A stretch of 64,000 nucleotides of DNA from Eledone cirrhosa (Eukaryota). The stretch is from NCBI GenBank assembly GCA_964016885.1, contig OZ024741.1, positions 195,982,001 through 196,046,000 on the forward strand, in the 5' to 3' direction. The position numbers were made by a program, and so were the translations under genes. Within the stretch, counting starts at the first letter, position 1. The number at the start of each line of letters is the position of its first letter. The notes beneath the pieces are model-generated. The model made no database searches. It saw only the letters and a list, made by a program, of their open reading frames with translations, and was not told the DNA's origin. Below, piece by piece: positions 26,265 through 38,832 of this stretch.

Positions 26265-26485
26265 AATGGATTGGCAGTATCAATAGAGCATTGGACAGCA
26301 TACTTTGCAGCATATAGTTACAACCCTTTACATTCTGAGTTCCAGTTCTGCCGAGGTTAGCTTTGCCTTTCATCCTTACAGGGTCAATAAAATAACGTAC
26401 CAGTAAAGCACTGGGATTTATTTAATTGATTTTCCTCCTCCCTTCAAATTGCTGGCCTTATACTAGAAATAGAAACGATTATTAA
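26265..26485 (+). mobile_element. tRNA-derived SINE with a Nin/Deu-like central domain
   Basis: TGGATTGGCAGTATC head and GAGGTTAGCTTTGCCTTTCATCCTTACAGGGTCAATAAAATAA.GTACCAG. Related copies are at ~35830, 39850, 43320, 56963, 60880, 61385 and 61750. Confidence 0.7.
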
Positions 26486-26734
26486 TAAGGGTAACTATTA
26501 CTTAAAAGGTTAGTTAGTGTTATTGTTAGTATTATTTTATTTACTAGAGGAATAACTAGGAGTAGGAGAAGTATAGACTAAATGCCTTTCTTGACTCTTT
26601 GTTCTAAGTTTGCTTTTCATCTCCCTTGAATTGAGAAAATAGATACCAGTTCTGTACTGGAATTAATTTTAACACCAAATGTGTAGCCAGTGTAAATAAT
26701 AATTTGAAAGAAATATTTGTTGTCTTTATTTTAG

Positions 26735-26866
26735 ATGTCAAAAACTATTTTCAATGAACTTGCAAATAATGTTGGTGAGTTATATGGAGATGAATCAAAG
26801 AATTCAACATTTGTCCTTGGGTTGCATGAACTCAAGATGTCACATTGCTCTATTTGTGAATCAGTA
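26735..26866 (+). CDS. DNMBP: DNMBP-like exon (BAR)
   Basis: tag|ATG...GTA|gtaagt, 132 bp, phase 0/0; MSKTIFNELANNVGELYGDESKNSTFVLGLHELKMSHCSICESV. Confidence 0.72.
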
Positions 26867-27282
26867 GTAAGTAACCTGCTCGATTTTCTAATTTCTTAAT
26901 AATTGAGGCACAATAGGGATGAGATTAGGGTATTTCATCTTGTTTGTTTACTTTCCTCACTTATCTCCAAACAATTTATAATTAGTAGAAGGTTCTTCAG
27001 CAATAAAAAATAATATTAATTTTTTCCAACAAAAAGCACTAGAAAATGAATCTAAAACAGCCACAAAAAAAGAACTATTGTAATATCTGGCAAGCCATAA
27101 AAGCATCTAGAAAGGATTACTATAGCTGGAAAAGATGTGACTGTTTTTATACAAGCAGGTGGTTTATCAAATCTACAATGACCCATTCACAATTTGATGA
27201 TATTTCACACTTTCTTGGTATATGTTTGATTTTAAGTAATTGATTTTGTTTTTCTTTTTTTCCTGCTTTTGTGAATGTTTAG

Positions 27283-27393
27283 GAAGAGCAAATAAAAACT
27301 ATGCTTCTCACACACTTAACCATCCTAAATGAACTATATAAAGGACCACAAGCTCTGATCAACAAACGGTTTGAAAAATTAATGGAGATTTGT
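27283..27393 (+). CDS. DNMBP: DNMBP-like exon (BAR)
   Basis: 111 bp, phase 0/0. ...LYKGPQALINKRFEKLMEIC matches the family motif GPxKLxxKRxDKLLDY/F. Confidence 0.85.
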
Positions 27394-27439
27394 GTGAGTA
27401 TCAAATTAGTGAATACAGAAGATTAAACTGAAATGTAGT

Positions 27440-30400
27440 GTTGTATCGTTATACAAGGGGGAGTGTTGTGTTGTTGTACCAGGTGGGGTGTTGCTGTACA
27501 AGGTGGAGTATTGTGTTGTACAAGGTGGGGTGTTGTGTTATATTTGTTGTACAAGGTGGAGGGTTGTGTTGTTGTACAAGGTGGAGTGTTGTGTTGTTGT
27601 AGAAGGTGAGGTGTTGTGTTGTACAAGGTGGGGTGTTGTGTTGTTGTACAATGTGGAGTGTTGTCTTGTTGTACAAGGTGGAGTGTTGTGTTGTTGTACA
27701 AGGTGGAGTGTTGTGTTGTACAAGGTGAGGTGTTGTGTTGTACAAGGTGAGGTGTTGTGTTGTACAAGGTAGAGTGTTGTGTTGTTGTACAAGGTGGAGT
27801 GTTGTGTTGTACAAGGTGAGGTGTTGTGTTGTACAAGGTGAGGTGTTGTGTTGTACAAGGTAGAGTGTTGTGTTGTTGTACAAGGTAGAGTGTTGTGTTG
27901 TTGTACAAGGTGGAGTGTTGTGTTGTTGTAGAAGGTGAACTGTTGTGTTGTACAAGGTGGAGTGTTGTGTTGTTGTACAAGGTGGAGTGTTGTGTTGTTG
28001 TACCAGGTGGGGTGTTGTGTTGTTGTACAAGGTGGAGTGTTGTGTTGTTGTACAAGGTAGTGTGTTGTGTTGTACAAGGTAGTGTGTTGTGTTGTTGTAG
28101 AAGGTAGAGTGTTGTGTTGTACAAGGTGGAGTGTTGTGTTGTTGTACAAGGTGGAGTGTTGTGTTGTTGTACAAGGTAGTGTGTTGTGTTGTTGTACAAG
28201 GTGGAGTGTTGTGTTGTTGTACAAGGTGGAGTGTTGTGTTGTACAAGGTGAGGTGTTGTGTTGTACAAGGTGGAGTGTTGTGTTGTTGTAGAAGGTGGAG
28301 TGTTGTGTTGTTGTACAAGGTGGAGTGTTGTGTTGTACAAGGTGGAGTGTTGTGTTGTTGTACAAGGTGGAGTGTTGTGTTGTTGTACCAGGTGGGGTGT
28401 TGTGTTGTTGTACCAGGTGGGGTGTTGTGTTGTTGTACCAGGTGGGGTGTTGTGTTGTTGTAGAAGGTGGAGTGTTGTGTTGTTGTACAAGGTAGTGTTG
28501 TGGTGTTGTACAATGTGGAGTGTTGTGTTGTTGTACAAGGTGGAGTGTTGTGTTGTTGTACCAGGTGGGGTGTTGTGTTGTTGTACAAGGTGGAGTGTTG
28601 TGTTGTACAAGGTGAGGTGTTGTGTTGTTGTACAAGGTGGAGTGTTGTGTTGTTGTACAAGGTGAGGTGTTGTGTTGTACAAGGTGACGTGTTGTGTTGT
28701 TGTACAAGGTGAGGTGTTGTGTTGTACAAGGTGAAGTGTTGTGTTGTTGTACAAGGTGAGGTGTTGTGTTGTACAAGGTGAAGTGTTGTGTTGTTGTACA
28801 AGGTGAGGTGTTGTGTTGTTGTACAAGGTGGAGTGTTGTGTTGTTGTACAAGGTGAGGTGTTGTGTTGTACAAGGTGACGTGTTGTGTTGTACAAGGTGA
28901 GGTGTTGTGTTGTACAAGGTGGGGTGGAATGTTGTGTTGTTGTACAAGGTGGGGTGTTGTGTTGTTATACAAGGTGGAGTGTTGTGTTGTACAAGGTAGA
29001 GTGTTGTGTTGTTGTACAAGGTGGAGTGTTGTGTTGTTGTACAAGGTGGAGTGTTGTGTTGTTGTACAAGGTAGAGTGTTGTGTTGTTGTACAAGGTGGA
29101 GTGTTGTGTTGTTGTACAAGGTGGAGTGTTGTGTTGTTGTAGAAGGTGGAGTGTTGTGTTGTTGTACAAGGTAGAGTGTTGTGGTGTTGTACAAGGTGGA
29201 GTGTTGTGTTGTTGTACAAGGTGGAGTGTTGTGTTGTTGTACCAGGTGGGGTGTTGTGTTGTTGTACCAGGTGGGGTGTCGTGTTGTAGAAGGTGGAGTG
29301 TTGTGTTGTTGTACAAGGTAGAGTGTTGTGGTGTTGTACAATGTGGAGTGTTGTGTTGTTGTACAAGGTGGAGTGTTGTGTTGTTGTACCAGGTGGGGTG
29401 TTGTGTTGTTGTACAAGGTGGAGTGTTGTGTTGTACAAGGTGAGGTGTTGTGTTAATGTACAAGGTGGAGTGTTGTGTTGTACAATGTGGAGTGTTGTGT
29501 TGTTGTACAAGGTAGAGTGTTGTGTTGTTGTACAAGGTGGAGTGTTGTGTTGTTGTACAAGGTGGAGTGTTGTGGTGTTGTACAAGGTAGAGTGTTGTGG
29601 TGTTGTAGAAGGTGGAGTGTTGTATTGTTGTACAAGGTGGAGTGTTGTGTTGTTGTACAAGGTGGAGTGTTGTGTTGTACAAGGTAGAGTGTTGTGTTGT
29701 ACCAGGTGGAGTGTTGTGTTGTTGTAGAAGGTGAAGTGTTGTGTTGTTGTACAAGGTGAGGTGTTGTGTTGTACAAGGTGGAGTGTTGTGTTGTACAAGG
29801 TGGAATGTTGTGTTGTACAAGGTGGAGTGTTGTGTTGTTGTACAAGGTGGAGTGTTGTGTTGTACAAGGTGGAGTGTTGTGGTGTTGTACAAGGTGGAGT
29901 GTTGTGTTGTTGTACAAGGTGGAGTGTTGTGTTGTTGTGCAAGGTGAAGTGTTGTGTTGTACAAGGTAGAGTGTTGTGGTGTTGTACAAGGTGGAGTGTT
30001 CTGTTGTAGAAGGTGGAGTGTTGTGGTGTTGTACAAGGTGGAGTGTTGTGTTGTTGTACAAGGTTAGGGGTTGTGTTGTTGTACAAGGTGGAGTGTTGTG
30101 TTGTACAAGGTGGAGTGTTGTGTTGTTGTACAAGGTTAGGGGTTGTGTAGTTGTGCAAGGTGGAGTGTTGTGTTGTACAAGGTAGAGTGTTGTGGTGTTG
30201 TACAAGGTGGAGTGTTGTGGTGTTGTACAAGGTGGAGTGTTGTGTTGTTGTACAAGGTGGAGTGTTGTGTTGTTGTACAAGGTGGAGTGTTGTGTTGTAC
30301 AAGGTAGAGTGTTGTGTTGTTGTGTTGTACAAGGTGGAGTGTTGTATTGTACAAGGTGGAGTGTTGTGGTGTTGTACAAGGTGGAGTGTTGTGTTGTTGT

Positions 30401-30975
30401 ACAAGGTAGTGTGTTGTGTTGTTGTACAAGGTGGAGTGTTGTGTTGTTGTAGAAGGTGGAGTGTTGTGTTGTACAAGGTGGAGTGTTGTGTTGTTGTACA
30501 AGGTGGAGTGTTGTGTTGTACAAGGTAGAATGTTGTGTTGTACCAGGTGTTGTGTTGTTGTACAAGGTGGAGTGTTGTGTTGTTGTACAAGGTGAGGTGT
30601 TGTGTTGTACAAGGTAGAGTGTTGTGTTGTTGTAGAAGGTGGAGTGTTGTGTTGTACAAGGTGGAGTGTTGTGTTGTTGTAGAAGGTTAGGGGTTGTGTT
30701 GTTGTGCAAGGTGGAGTGTTGTGTTGTACAAGGTAGAGTGTTGTGGTGTTGTACAAGGTGGAGTGTTGTGGTGTTGTACAAGGTGGAGTGTTCTGTTGTA
30801 GAAGGTGGAGTGTTGTGTTGTTGTACAAGGTGGAGTGTTGTGTTGTACAAGGTAGAGTGTTGTGTTGTTATACCAGGTGGAGTGTTGTTGTGTTGTACAA
30901 GGTGGAGTGTTGTGGTGTTGTACAAGGTGGAGTGTTGTGTTGTTGTACAAGGTGAGGGGTTGTGTAGTGTTGTTG
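27440..30975. repeat. 22/25-bp GT-rich intronic minisatellite, ~3.5 kb
   Basis: Unit GTACAAGGTGGAGTGTTGTGTT(GTT). Confidence 0.97.
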
Positions 30976-30989
30976 TTCTTTTTCCTCTT

Positions 30990-31380
30990 GCCCTCCTCTT
31001 CAATTGATCCAGCTGGATTCATGGATGTCATCCAGCCACCTTGTTCTGGGTCTCTTGTTGGTTGGTTTTGCATCTAAAATCTTTCCAACAGTTCTTTCCT
31101 GAGACATTCTAACCACATATCGGAGTGCTGTGATTTCTCTATTCAAAGAAGTAGCAACTCTACCTAGAATGACTGTCTGAGGCATGTCAAGTGACATTAC
31201 TCCAAAGACACTTCGGAGAGACCCCATTTCAGCCACTTGTATTTGTGATTGTATCCTTTCGGTCATTACTCAAGATTCATGGTCATAAGTAAGGGTTGGC
31301 ATGAATACTGAATAGAAGATAGCAAGTTTGGTTTGACATTTCTTTCGTTCTGATGACTCTGAATACAAAAAACATCTGAT
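30990..31380 (-). mobile_element. Degenerate RTE-like LINE 3' fragment
   Basis: MTERIQSQIQVAEMGSLR...KRPRTRWLDDI; same family as 24520-25370. Confidence 0.7.
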
Positions 31381-31573
31381 ATGAGAGAAACAGACCATAA
31401 AGCTGTGAGTGTGTATGTAAAACTATGTATGTGTGGCAATGCAATCAATTGTAAGCTGAGTTGTTGATGTGAAAAGATGCTGTCACAATAGAAGGATAAT
31501 AATAATAATATATAGCATATCTCTTCTAATGATATCATGTTAAAAATAGTAAAATATTTTTCTCAATTTTTAG

Positions 31574-31756
31574 GGTGATAAAACTTTGGAGTTAACGAAA
31601 AAGGAGTTTGAAGCATTAAACAGTCAACTGAAGGTGGACTTGCCAAACCTGTGTAAATTGTCAAAAGAAATTGTCTTGGACATCATTGTAAACTTCATAC
31701 TAGCAATGAATAACTATCGCAAACTCTGGTGTTTAGAACTGAAGAAATTCATTGAA
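31574..31756 (+). CDS. DNMBP: DNMBP-like exon (BAR C-terminal helix)
   Basis: 183 bp, phase 0/0. KKEFEALNSQLKVDLPNL matches the family motif YEALNxQLxxELP. Confidence 0.87.
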
Positions 31757-32741
31757 GTAAGGAGTTGCACTTTAAGGTTTCATTTTTTGTGATTTGAAAA
31801 AAAGATTCTCCTTTGTTGACATCATCATTACCATCATCACTGTTTTCTCTGCTAGCAAGGATTGGGTGTATTACCATAGACCGGTTAGTACTCAAGCAGA
31901 GCTTCGATCGTCTCAGATAAGTCTTTTGCACATGCATTCCCACACTCTATCAACTGTTCTGACAAGCTGGAGGGCTCCCATCTTGCTTACATATGACCCT
32001 GTACTCTACCAAGTGTATTTTGTCGTGACATCAATTCTAGGGAGGCTGTCATAGCTTGGCATGTCTAATGAGTCCTCCTGACCCTTTGGCAGGTTTTCTA
32101 TGGCTGGATGTCCTTCCTATTGCCAACAACTTTACAGAGTGTACTGGGTGCATTTTTCATGTAGTCCCACAGTCTCCGATCACTTTTATTTGTAGTGGTA
32201 GCTGTTGCCAATTCCATAGTAGATTTAAACTGCATCATACGTTGGACTATGCAGTGGCAATTAATTGAATGTTCATGAGAACCTTTCAAACTAAGCACCC
32301 AATATATCTTGCTTCTATTTTGTCTAGAGCCCCTGTACATTGCAATATTTAGTCAGCTTAGTTGAAGTTTGCATATAGTACAGGAGTATTCAACTAACAG
32401 GACCCACTGGAAGGAGTGTTTGAGGACTCTGCTCCCACAACCTTCTCAGGAATAAGTGAGCGAAGAAAAAGAAATATTCAACTGATTATTTAAGAGGAAA
32501 CTAATTAACCCAGACAGAGATATGTCACACTTCAGTTTGATCTATTACATACTGTCATGCTATTGCTGAGAAAGTGGATATCACAAACAGTATTATTATT
32601 GTCTCAGAATTGTCTTAATGATTGAACTGTCAACCGTTTCATGACTTTTATCTACAACCACATACATTTTCTTTTTTGAATTTGTCAAAATAGTGAAAAC
32701 TAGGTAGCACTACAATTTCATGATTGACTAATTGACATTCA

Positions 32742-33530
32742 AAGCTATAGTATTTGTTAGTTGACAGTCATAGCAATAGTATTTGTTAACAGTCATAGCT
32801 ATAGTATTTGTTGACAGTCATAGCTATAGTATTTGTTAGTTGACAGTCATAGCAATAGTATTTGTTGACAGTCATAGCTATAGTATTTGTTGACAGTCAT
32901 AGCTATAGTATTTGTTAGTTGACAGTCATAGCAATAGTATTTGTTGACAGTCATAGCTGTAGTATTTGTTGACAGTCATAGCTATAGTATTTGTTGACAG
33001 TCATAGCTATAGTATTTGTTAGTTGACAGTCATAGCAATAGTATTTGTTGACAGTCATAGCTGTAGTATTTGTTGACAGTCATAGCTATAGTATTTGTTG
33101 ACAGTCATAGCTATAGTATTTGTTGACAGTCATAGCTGTAGTATTTGTTGACAGTCATAGCTATAGTATTTGTTGACAGTCATAGCTATAGTATTTGTTA
33201 GTTGACAGTCATAGCAATAGTATTTGTTGACAGTCATAGCTGTAGTATTTGTTGACAGTCATAGCTATAGTATTTGTTGACAGTCATAGCTATAGTATTT
33301 GTTGACAGTCATAGCTATAGTATTTGTTGACAGTCATAGCTATAGTATTTGTTGACAGTCATAGCTATAGTATTTGTTGACAGTCATAGCTATAGTATTT
33401 GTTGACAGTCATAGCTGTAGTATTTGTTGACAGTCATAACTATAGTAATTTTTGAGTCATAGCTATAGTATTTGTTGACAGTCATAGCTATAGTATTTGT
33501 TGACAGTCACAACAATCATATTTGTTAATT
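32742..33530. repeat. 25-bp (variant 29-bp) intronic minisatellite
   Basis: Unit GACAGTCATAGCTATAGTATTTGTT, ~30 copies. Confidence 0.95.
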
Positions 33531-33579
33531 AGGTGTTGTAGTCTCCTTTTTATACCAAAACATGATGGAACAAGAGAAA

Positions 33580-34040
33580 ACTGTTGAATATCTCAATTGC
33601 CTAGCTAATACTGATATACTGGTGTACTCTTTTACCTGTTCCAGCCCACTGACTGAAGCCATGCTGGGACATTGTCATTGAATAATAGATAACATATTAG
33701 ACTACTAACTAGAATCAACTACAGCCATTTTTTTTTTTTTTCTAGATAGAGCAGCTTATTATAAATACTACAGCTAACTTATCTGTTGCAAATAATGTCA
33801 GATCTTGAAATACCACTTGTTTGTGGAAATAAGGTGGTTTAGAATTAAAAGAGTTAAAGAGAACAAAAATAATAAATACACTTAACTAAAAACAATTTTG
33901 AATTTGAAAGTTACACATTTTTTCCATCTCCAAGGCTTATATGTCTTAGACTTAGACTATTCTTCATAGTCAAACAACATTGATGCTTCTAACTTTTAGA
34001 TTCAATAACTTACTATTGTTTAACAGTTCTAAAAATTAAT
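33580..34040 (+). repeat. Interspersed repeat shared with 41868-42430 (MITE-like)
   Basis: A ~270-bp near-identical block from CTGTTGAATATCTCAATT to GGAAATAAGGTGGTTTAGAA, plus a TIR-like segment. Confidence 0.7.
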
Positions 34041-34113
34041 TATTTAATAAAAATAATAATATAACAGTTGAGTTTGTAAAATATGATTTAATTAATCAGA
34101 TCTTTATTTTCAG

Positions 34114-34239
34114 TTTATTGAAATGAAAGTTGAGAAGAATCAAAGAGAATCCAACAGCCAACATGTATTAAGACAGTTGTCTCAGATGCGATTTCACCAG
34201 TTCTTTGATGCAAACTACCCTGTTAAAATACTTGCTAAT
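34114..34239 (+). CDS. DNMBP: DNMBP-like exon (post-BAR)
   Basis: tttcag|TTT...AAT|gtaagt, 126 bp, phase 0/0, open; FIEMKVEKNQRESNSQHVLRQLSQMRFHQFFDANYPVKILAN. Confidence 0.68.
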
Positions 34240-34337
34240 GTAAGTTTATATTGGCTACTTTGTTTTTAGTTTGTTACCATTCAATGCTGGCCCTTATAAT
34301 GTACATTCATGTTTAGTACTTTGTTCATATTTTGTAA

Positions 34338-34543
34338 CTCTTTTGATACCAAAATTCCTTAAACCACTCGAGATTTATTATACAAAACTGCTCATTTTAA
34401 ATGTTTTATGATAATTTTATTTTTGGAATTATTTTTTAACTAATGTTTTAAATATCAGCTTACTAATGAAAAATGTGGTTATTTTCCCAAGTAATTAGAG
34501 TACATAGGCAGTGTATTTCATTAGAAATATAATAATGAAAGGG
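34338..34543 (-). mobile_element. piggyBac-like MITE (degenerate)
   Basis: TAA|CTCTTTTGATACC...AATGAAAGGG|TTAA; same termini as 45273-45587 in reverse orientation. Confidence 0.55.
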
Positions 34544-35055
34544 TTAATGAAAAGGAAAGGCTAAGTTAAGAAGATTGATGGGTACTAAAGGCATTTGCTA
34601 ACATATGCAGGAAATGTTGAATAAACGGATATGATCATGTGATAGGAATAAATGATACATGCTAAGTGAAAAAGTTTAATGTGTCAAGAGTATAGACTTG
34701 GGAGAAAGTCTGAAATTTTTACAGATAACGCAAAGAACCAACCCATAGATTAACTCAGAACATCCTGTATAAATTAAGCAGAAAATATCTAAAAATAAAA
34801 GGTTCATTAATTCAAATTTTTAGTGTCTTTACTAGTGAACATATTTGCAGAATTAGACTAAAGGATTTAATTTTTAATGTGACAGCCATAATGTAGTTTT
34901 GTATATGTGCTAATGTGGTTTCATGTGGTACAGGACGTGTAGGACAGCTCTATGAATTGTTATTTTATTTCTATAGGGACTGCCTAATCAGAATTTATGA
35001 GAAAGTTGGTTTGGCTTGAAATATAGTACAAATATAAAATCCTTAAACCAATAAT

Positions 35056-35790
35056 TTGATAGAGCTTGTTTCCTCTGAGCACTTTCTGCTTACTGTTCTT
35101 GTGCAACGCCACATTCTAAAACCTACATTCTTTGCTAACCTGCCTGAGATCCTGCTACATCTCTTGTGCACCTATAGTTTGAATTTGGGACAGAGGATGG
35201 AATTTCTACCCACCCCTTTCCTACACACTGAGCAGGGCCATTTCTCTGAAGGAATCAGGACCTTGTTTTCCTTTCTACTTACTAGAACTTTGGTCTTTGC
35301 CAAGTTGACTTTAAGACCTTTTGATTCCAAGTTATGCTTCCAGGTCAGGAAATTATTTTCTAGTTCTGCCATAGATTCTGCTATGAGAGTTAGATCATCA
35401 GCATGCTGGAGTTCCCAAGGACATTATGTGTTAAATTCTTCTGTTATAGACTGGAGGACAATAATAAACAGAAGAGTGCTAAGTACACAATGCTGGTAGT
35501 CTCCAACTTGCATGCTAAACTCCTCACTATTGTCATTACAAATTTTAACCTTGCTGACTGTTCCTCTGTACATGATTTATACTACACTCACAAGCCACTG
35601 ATCTATCCCACTTTCCTAAGTACCCATCAGATTACAGAACGGCAAACTCTGTCAAGTTTTCTCCAGGTCAACAATTGCCAAGTGGAGGGGTTTACTTTTA
35701 GCTAGGTACTTCTGCAGTTGCCTCACACGGAAGAGGGCATCCGTGTTACTTTTACCTGGCACAAATCCAAACTACATCTCATCTAGGTTT
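35056..35790 (-). mobile_element. Degenerate RTE RT fragment
   Basis: Homologous to the RT and Cys finger of 5941-7812 (ESKGLKVNLAKTKVL...WPCSVCRKGVGRNSILCPK). Confidence 0.85.
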
Positions 35791-36236
35791 GTTTTATTAT
35801 TATGAAATGCAGTGGATTATTATGAAGAGGGTGGTGGATTGGCAGTTTCGGTAGAGCATCAATAACATTTTTTGCAGCATAGAGTTACAGCCCTTTATTT
35901 TCTGAGTTCAAATCATGCTGAGGTTAGCTTTGCCTTTCAAGTCAATAAAATAAAGTACCAGTAACTCACTGTTGGTTAATTTAATTGACTTTCCACTTCC
36001 CCAAAATTGTTGGCCTTCCAGCTAAATCGGAAACCATTATTTTATGAAATGAAGTGTAGCATTTTGACATTTTAAAATTATTTACAGTTCTTTAATATAT
36101 TTTAATAACTTTAATTTTCTAATATATTTTTCATTTCTATCTCTTATTCTTTCTTTTGATGAAGGACTAAGGGCTGAAACGTTAAGATTCTTTTCCACTG
36201 TATCAAGCATTCAACTAATATATATCATCATTATAC

Positions 36237-38749
36237 TTTAGAAGAAGTTATTTAGTAGATGTTTGTGTTGAGAATGTGTATATTTGTGTATTGTATCACG
36301 GAAGTCACCATTGAAGATGTTAAAAGCAATGTTGTGGAAAATAGCATCTTACGACTTTATAATTGTTCATATATAATTTATTTACAGATTACAAAGGTTA
36401 GAAGAATGTCTCTTGAGAGGATAGTTAATGTTATCAATAAAAAGGTTATAACGGTTTAAAGAGGTACGGTCAACTGGCTGAGGTGTTAACCAGTCCCGTA
36501 GTGATATTTGTTGCTACATATTGTCTATGCTTGAAGGAACGAAAGCAAGAGATGTTTACCTTCATGGTGTCAAGCTGCAAGAGAGAGAGAGAGTTTCGAA
36601 TTGCTGCGGGAATACCCCTCTGGGCGGAAGTCGAGATCCATTCTCCTACGCTGGTAGCGATTGGCTGAACTGAGCCAAACAACGTACGGAGAATGTAGGT
36701 CACTACAATACCCCCTATCTAGTCTGCAAGACGATATATAAAATTGAATCAGCAGGAAAAATGCTGAAAGAGAACACATCAATGAAAAAATTGAACAAAA
36801 GAATGCATGCAAGAAGAAAAATGAAGCGCTAAGGGCCGTGTTGAGCCGCTGTGTCAAATGACAAGCTGTTTTGCTATTTATGCGTGACCACCCGGGATCT
36901 AACAGAAAACGGATAAAGTCTGACATGGGCAAAATTGCTGTTCTTGCATTAAATGTTAGCTGTTATGGTAAGTGTTGTACCAGAGCTGTTATGGTAGTTT
37001 ACCAGTAGCTGTTGTCAATGATGGTGCTGTTCATGCTTTACCAGAGCTGTATAGCTGTTATGGTAAGTGTTATACCAGAGCTGTTATGGTAAATATTATA
37101 CCAGAGCTGTGTAGCTGGAGCTGTTATGGTAAATGTTGTAGCAGAGCTGGCAAGAAGATGATGGGTAGGCGAGAAATTGTCGGCCTCCCAGATGATTTGC
37201 CGGAAGTGCTGGGCAGCCAGGAAAAAATGGCTAGTTGCTTTGAAAAGAAAAAAAAGCAAGTTGAATCTGTAGGAGGGTAGTAATTGAAGCGGTAATCCAT
37301 AATTCTGGCGAATCCATAGGAGAAATGGTGGAAATGCTGACGGGTCCAGTTCCATTTGTTGTTTTCCCAGTGAGTCGGGTAAAGTAACAAGATTGAGGTT
37401 GTTATGCTATAGGACGATGAGTGTGCAACGAGATGCGAAGCTGTTTGAATCCAGCTGCAATTAGCAGTTCTCGTGTTGCGGTGCCTGTTTGAATCCAGGC
37501 GAATTAAGCTGTATGTGTCAACAGCATGTTTTGGTACCAGGTGAAAAGGGATCCCGCAGAATATTACGATGCTTGAAGATCCTATACTATAGCCAACAAC
37601 ATGTTGGTGTGTGACAAAGAAATGTGTGTGTATATGCAGGCATGTAATACAGCAAAGAAAATGTATGCGTGCAGTCATATATACAATGATAGAAAAAAAA
37701 ATGAATGTTCATATAATACTGTTTAAAAAAAATAAATGTCCAAACATTGCCTGTAAAAAGAGAAAGAAAGAATTGTTTTTTTAACAAAAAGTTCACTTTT
37801 TTCTTTTCTTTGAAATTTCTTTGGGATAAGAATGTTATCGTTCTTGCTAGGAAGCTAGTAGAGTTGTTGTTGTTGCTGCTATCGAAACGAAGTCACAGTA
37901 AATTTTCAGTAGAATTGAAGTCGAGCATTGAAGAGCTTAGAGTCACCAATATGCAAGTCACGTCTGACGCCATAGTGTGGTGAGAAAGGCTGTGAGTTCG
38001 AATCATGTCGGACGTTAGAAACATCGATGAATCGTGAAGTTTTGTACAGCAGTGAAGATTTGCAAGCGTCGAATTTACCATTATGTGGTGAGAAGGCTGC
38101 TGTTGTTTTAATTCTCAAGTCGCCGTTTGTAGCAAGACAGTTAGAAGTTGGAGCGGTTATAATTAGAGACGATAGAATAGGTGAAGCATAGAAGTAAACA
38201 ATATGAGGTGTGGTGGTTTGCGTCGGTAAGGCTATAAAGCTGCCACATAGTTATTCCGTTGTTTATGGTTAGATTTAGAAGTTATTTAGTAGATGTTTGT
38301 GGTGAGAATGTGTGTACTGTATCACGGAAGTCACCATTGAAGATGTTAAAAGCAATGTTGTGGAAAATAGCATCTTACGATTTTATAATTGTTTATATAT
38401 AATTTATTTACAGATTACAAAGGTTAGAAGAATGTCTCTTGAGAGGATAGTTAATGTTATCAATAAAAAGGTTATAAAGGTTTAAAGAGGTACGGTCAAC
38501 TGGCTGAGGCATTAGCCAGTCCTGTAGTGATATTTGTTGCTACATATTGTCTATGCTTGAAGGAACGAAAGCAAGAGATGTTTACCTTCATGGTGCCAAG
38601 CTGCAAGAGAGAGTTTCGAATCGCTGCGGGAATCCCCCCTCTGGGCGGAAGTCGAGATACATTCTCCTACGCTGGTAGCAATTGGCTGAACTGAGCCAAA
38701 TAACGTATGGAGAATGCATCCATGAGCCCTCGGAATGTAGGTCACTACA
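36237..38749 (-). mobile_element. Non-autonomous LTR retrotransposon with two ~470-bp LTRs (36237-36707 and 38274-38749)
   Basis: Long direct repeats starting TGTAGTG on the minus strand. A polypurine tract AGATAGGGGG sits just inside the left (3') LTR. TSD ATAC at 36233-36236 and 38750-38753. The ~1.57-kb interior has no intact gag/pol ORF. Confidence 0.85.
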
Positions 38750-38832
38750 ATACTATATTATTCTCTTGTGTTGTTTTTCCTTGTTGACTTTTCGCATACA
38801 TATTTATGTATGTAAATGGATCTATTTTTCAG

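Noticed and set aside
27423-31077. Long ORFs (up to 832 aa) rich in T/Q/H/N or V/C/L
   Set aside because: They are translations of the 22/25-bp minisatellite, open in all minus frames because the unit lacks stops, and lie inside an intron.
36708-38273. gag/pol coding in the LTR element interior (ORF 37124-37678)
   Set aside because: No recognisable zinc knuckle, protease, RT or integrase motif.
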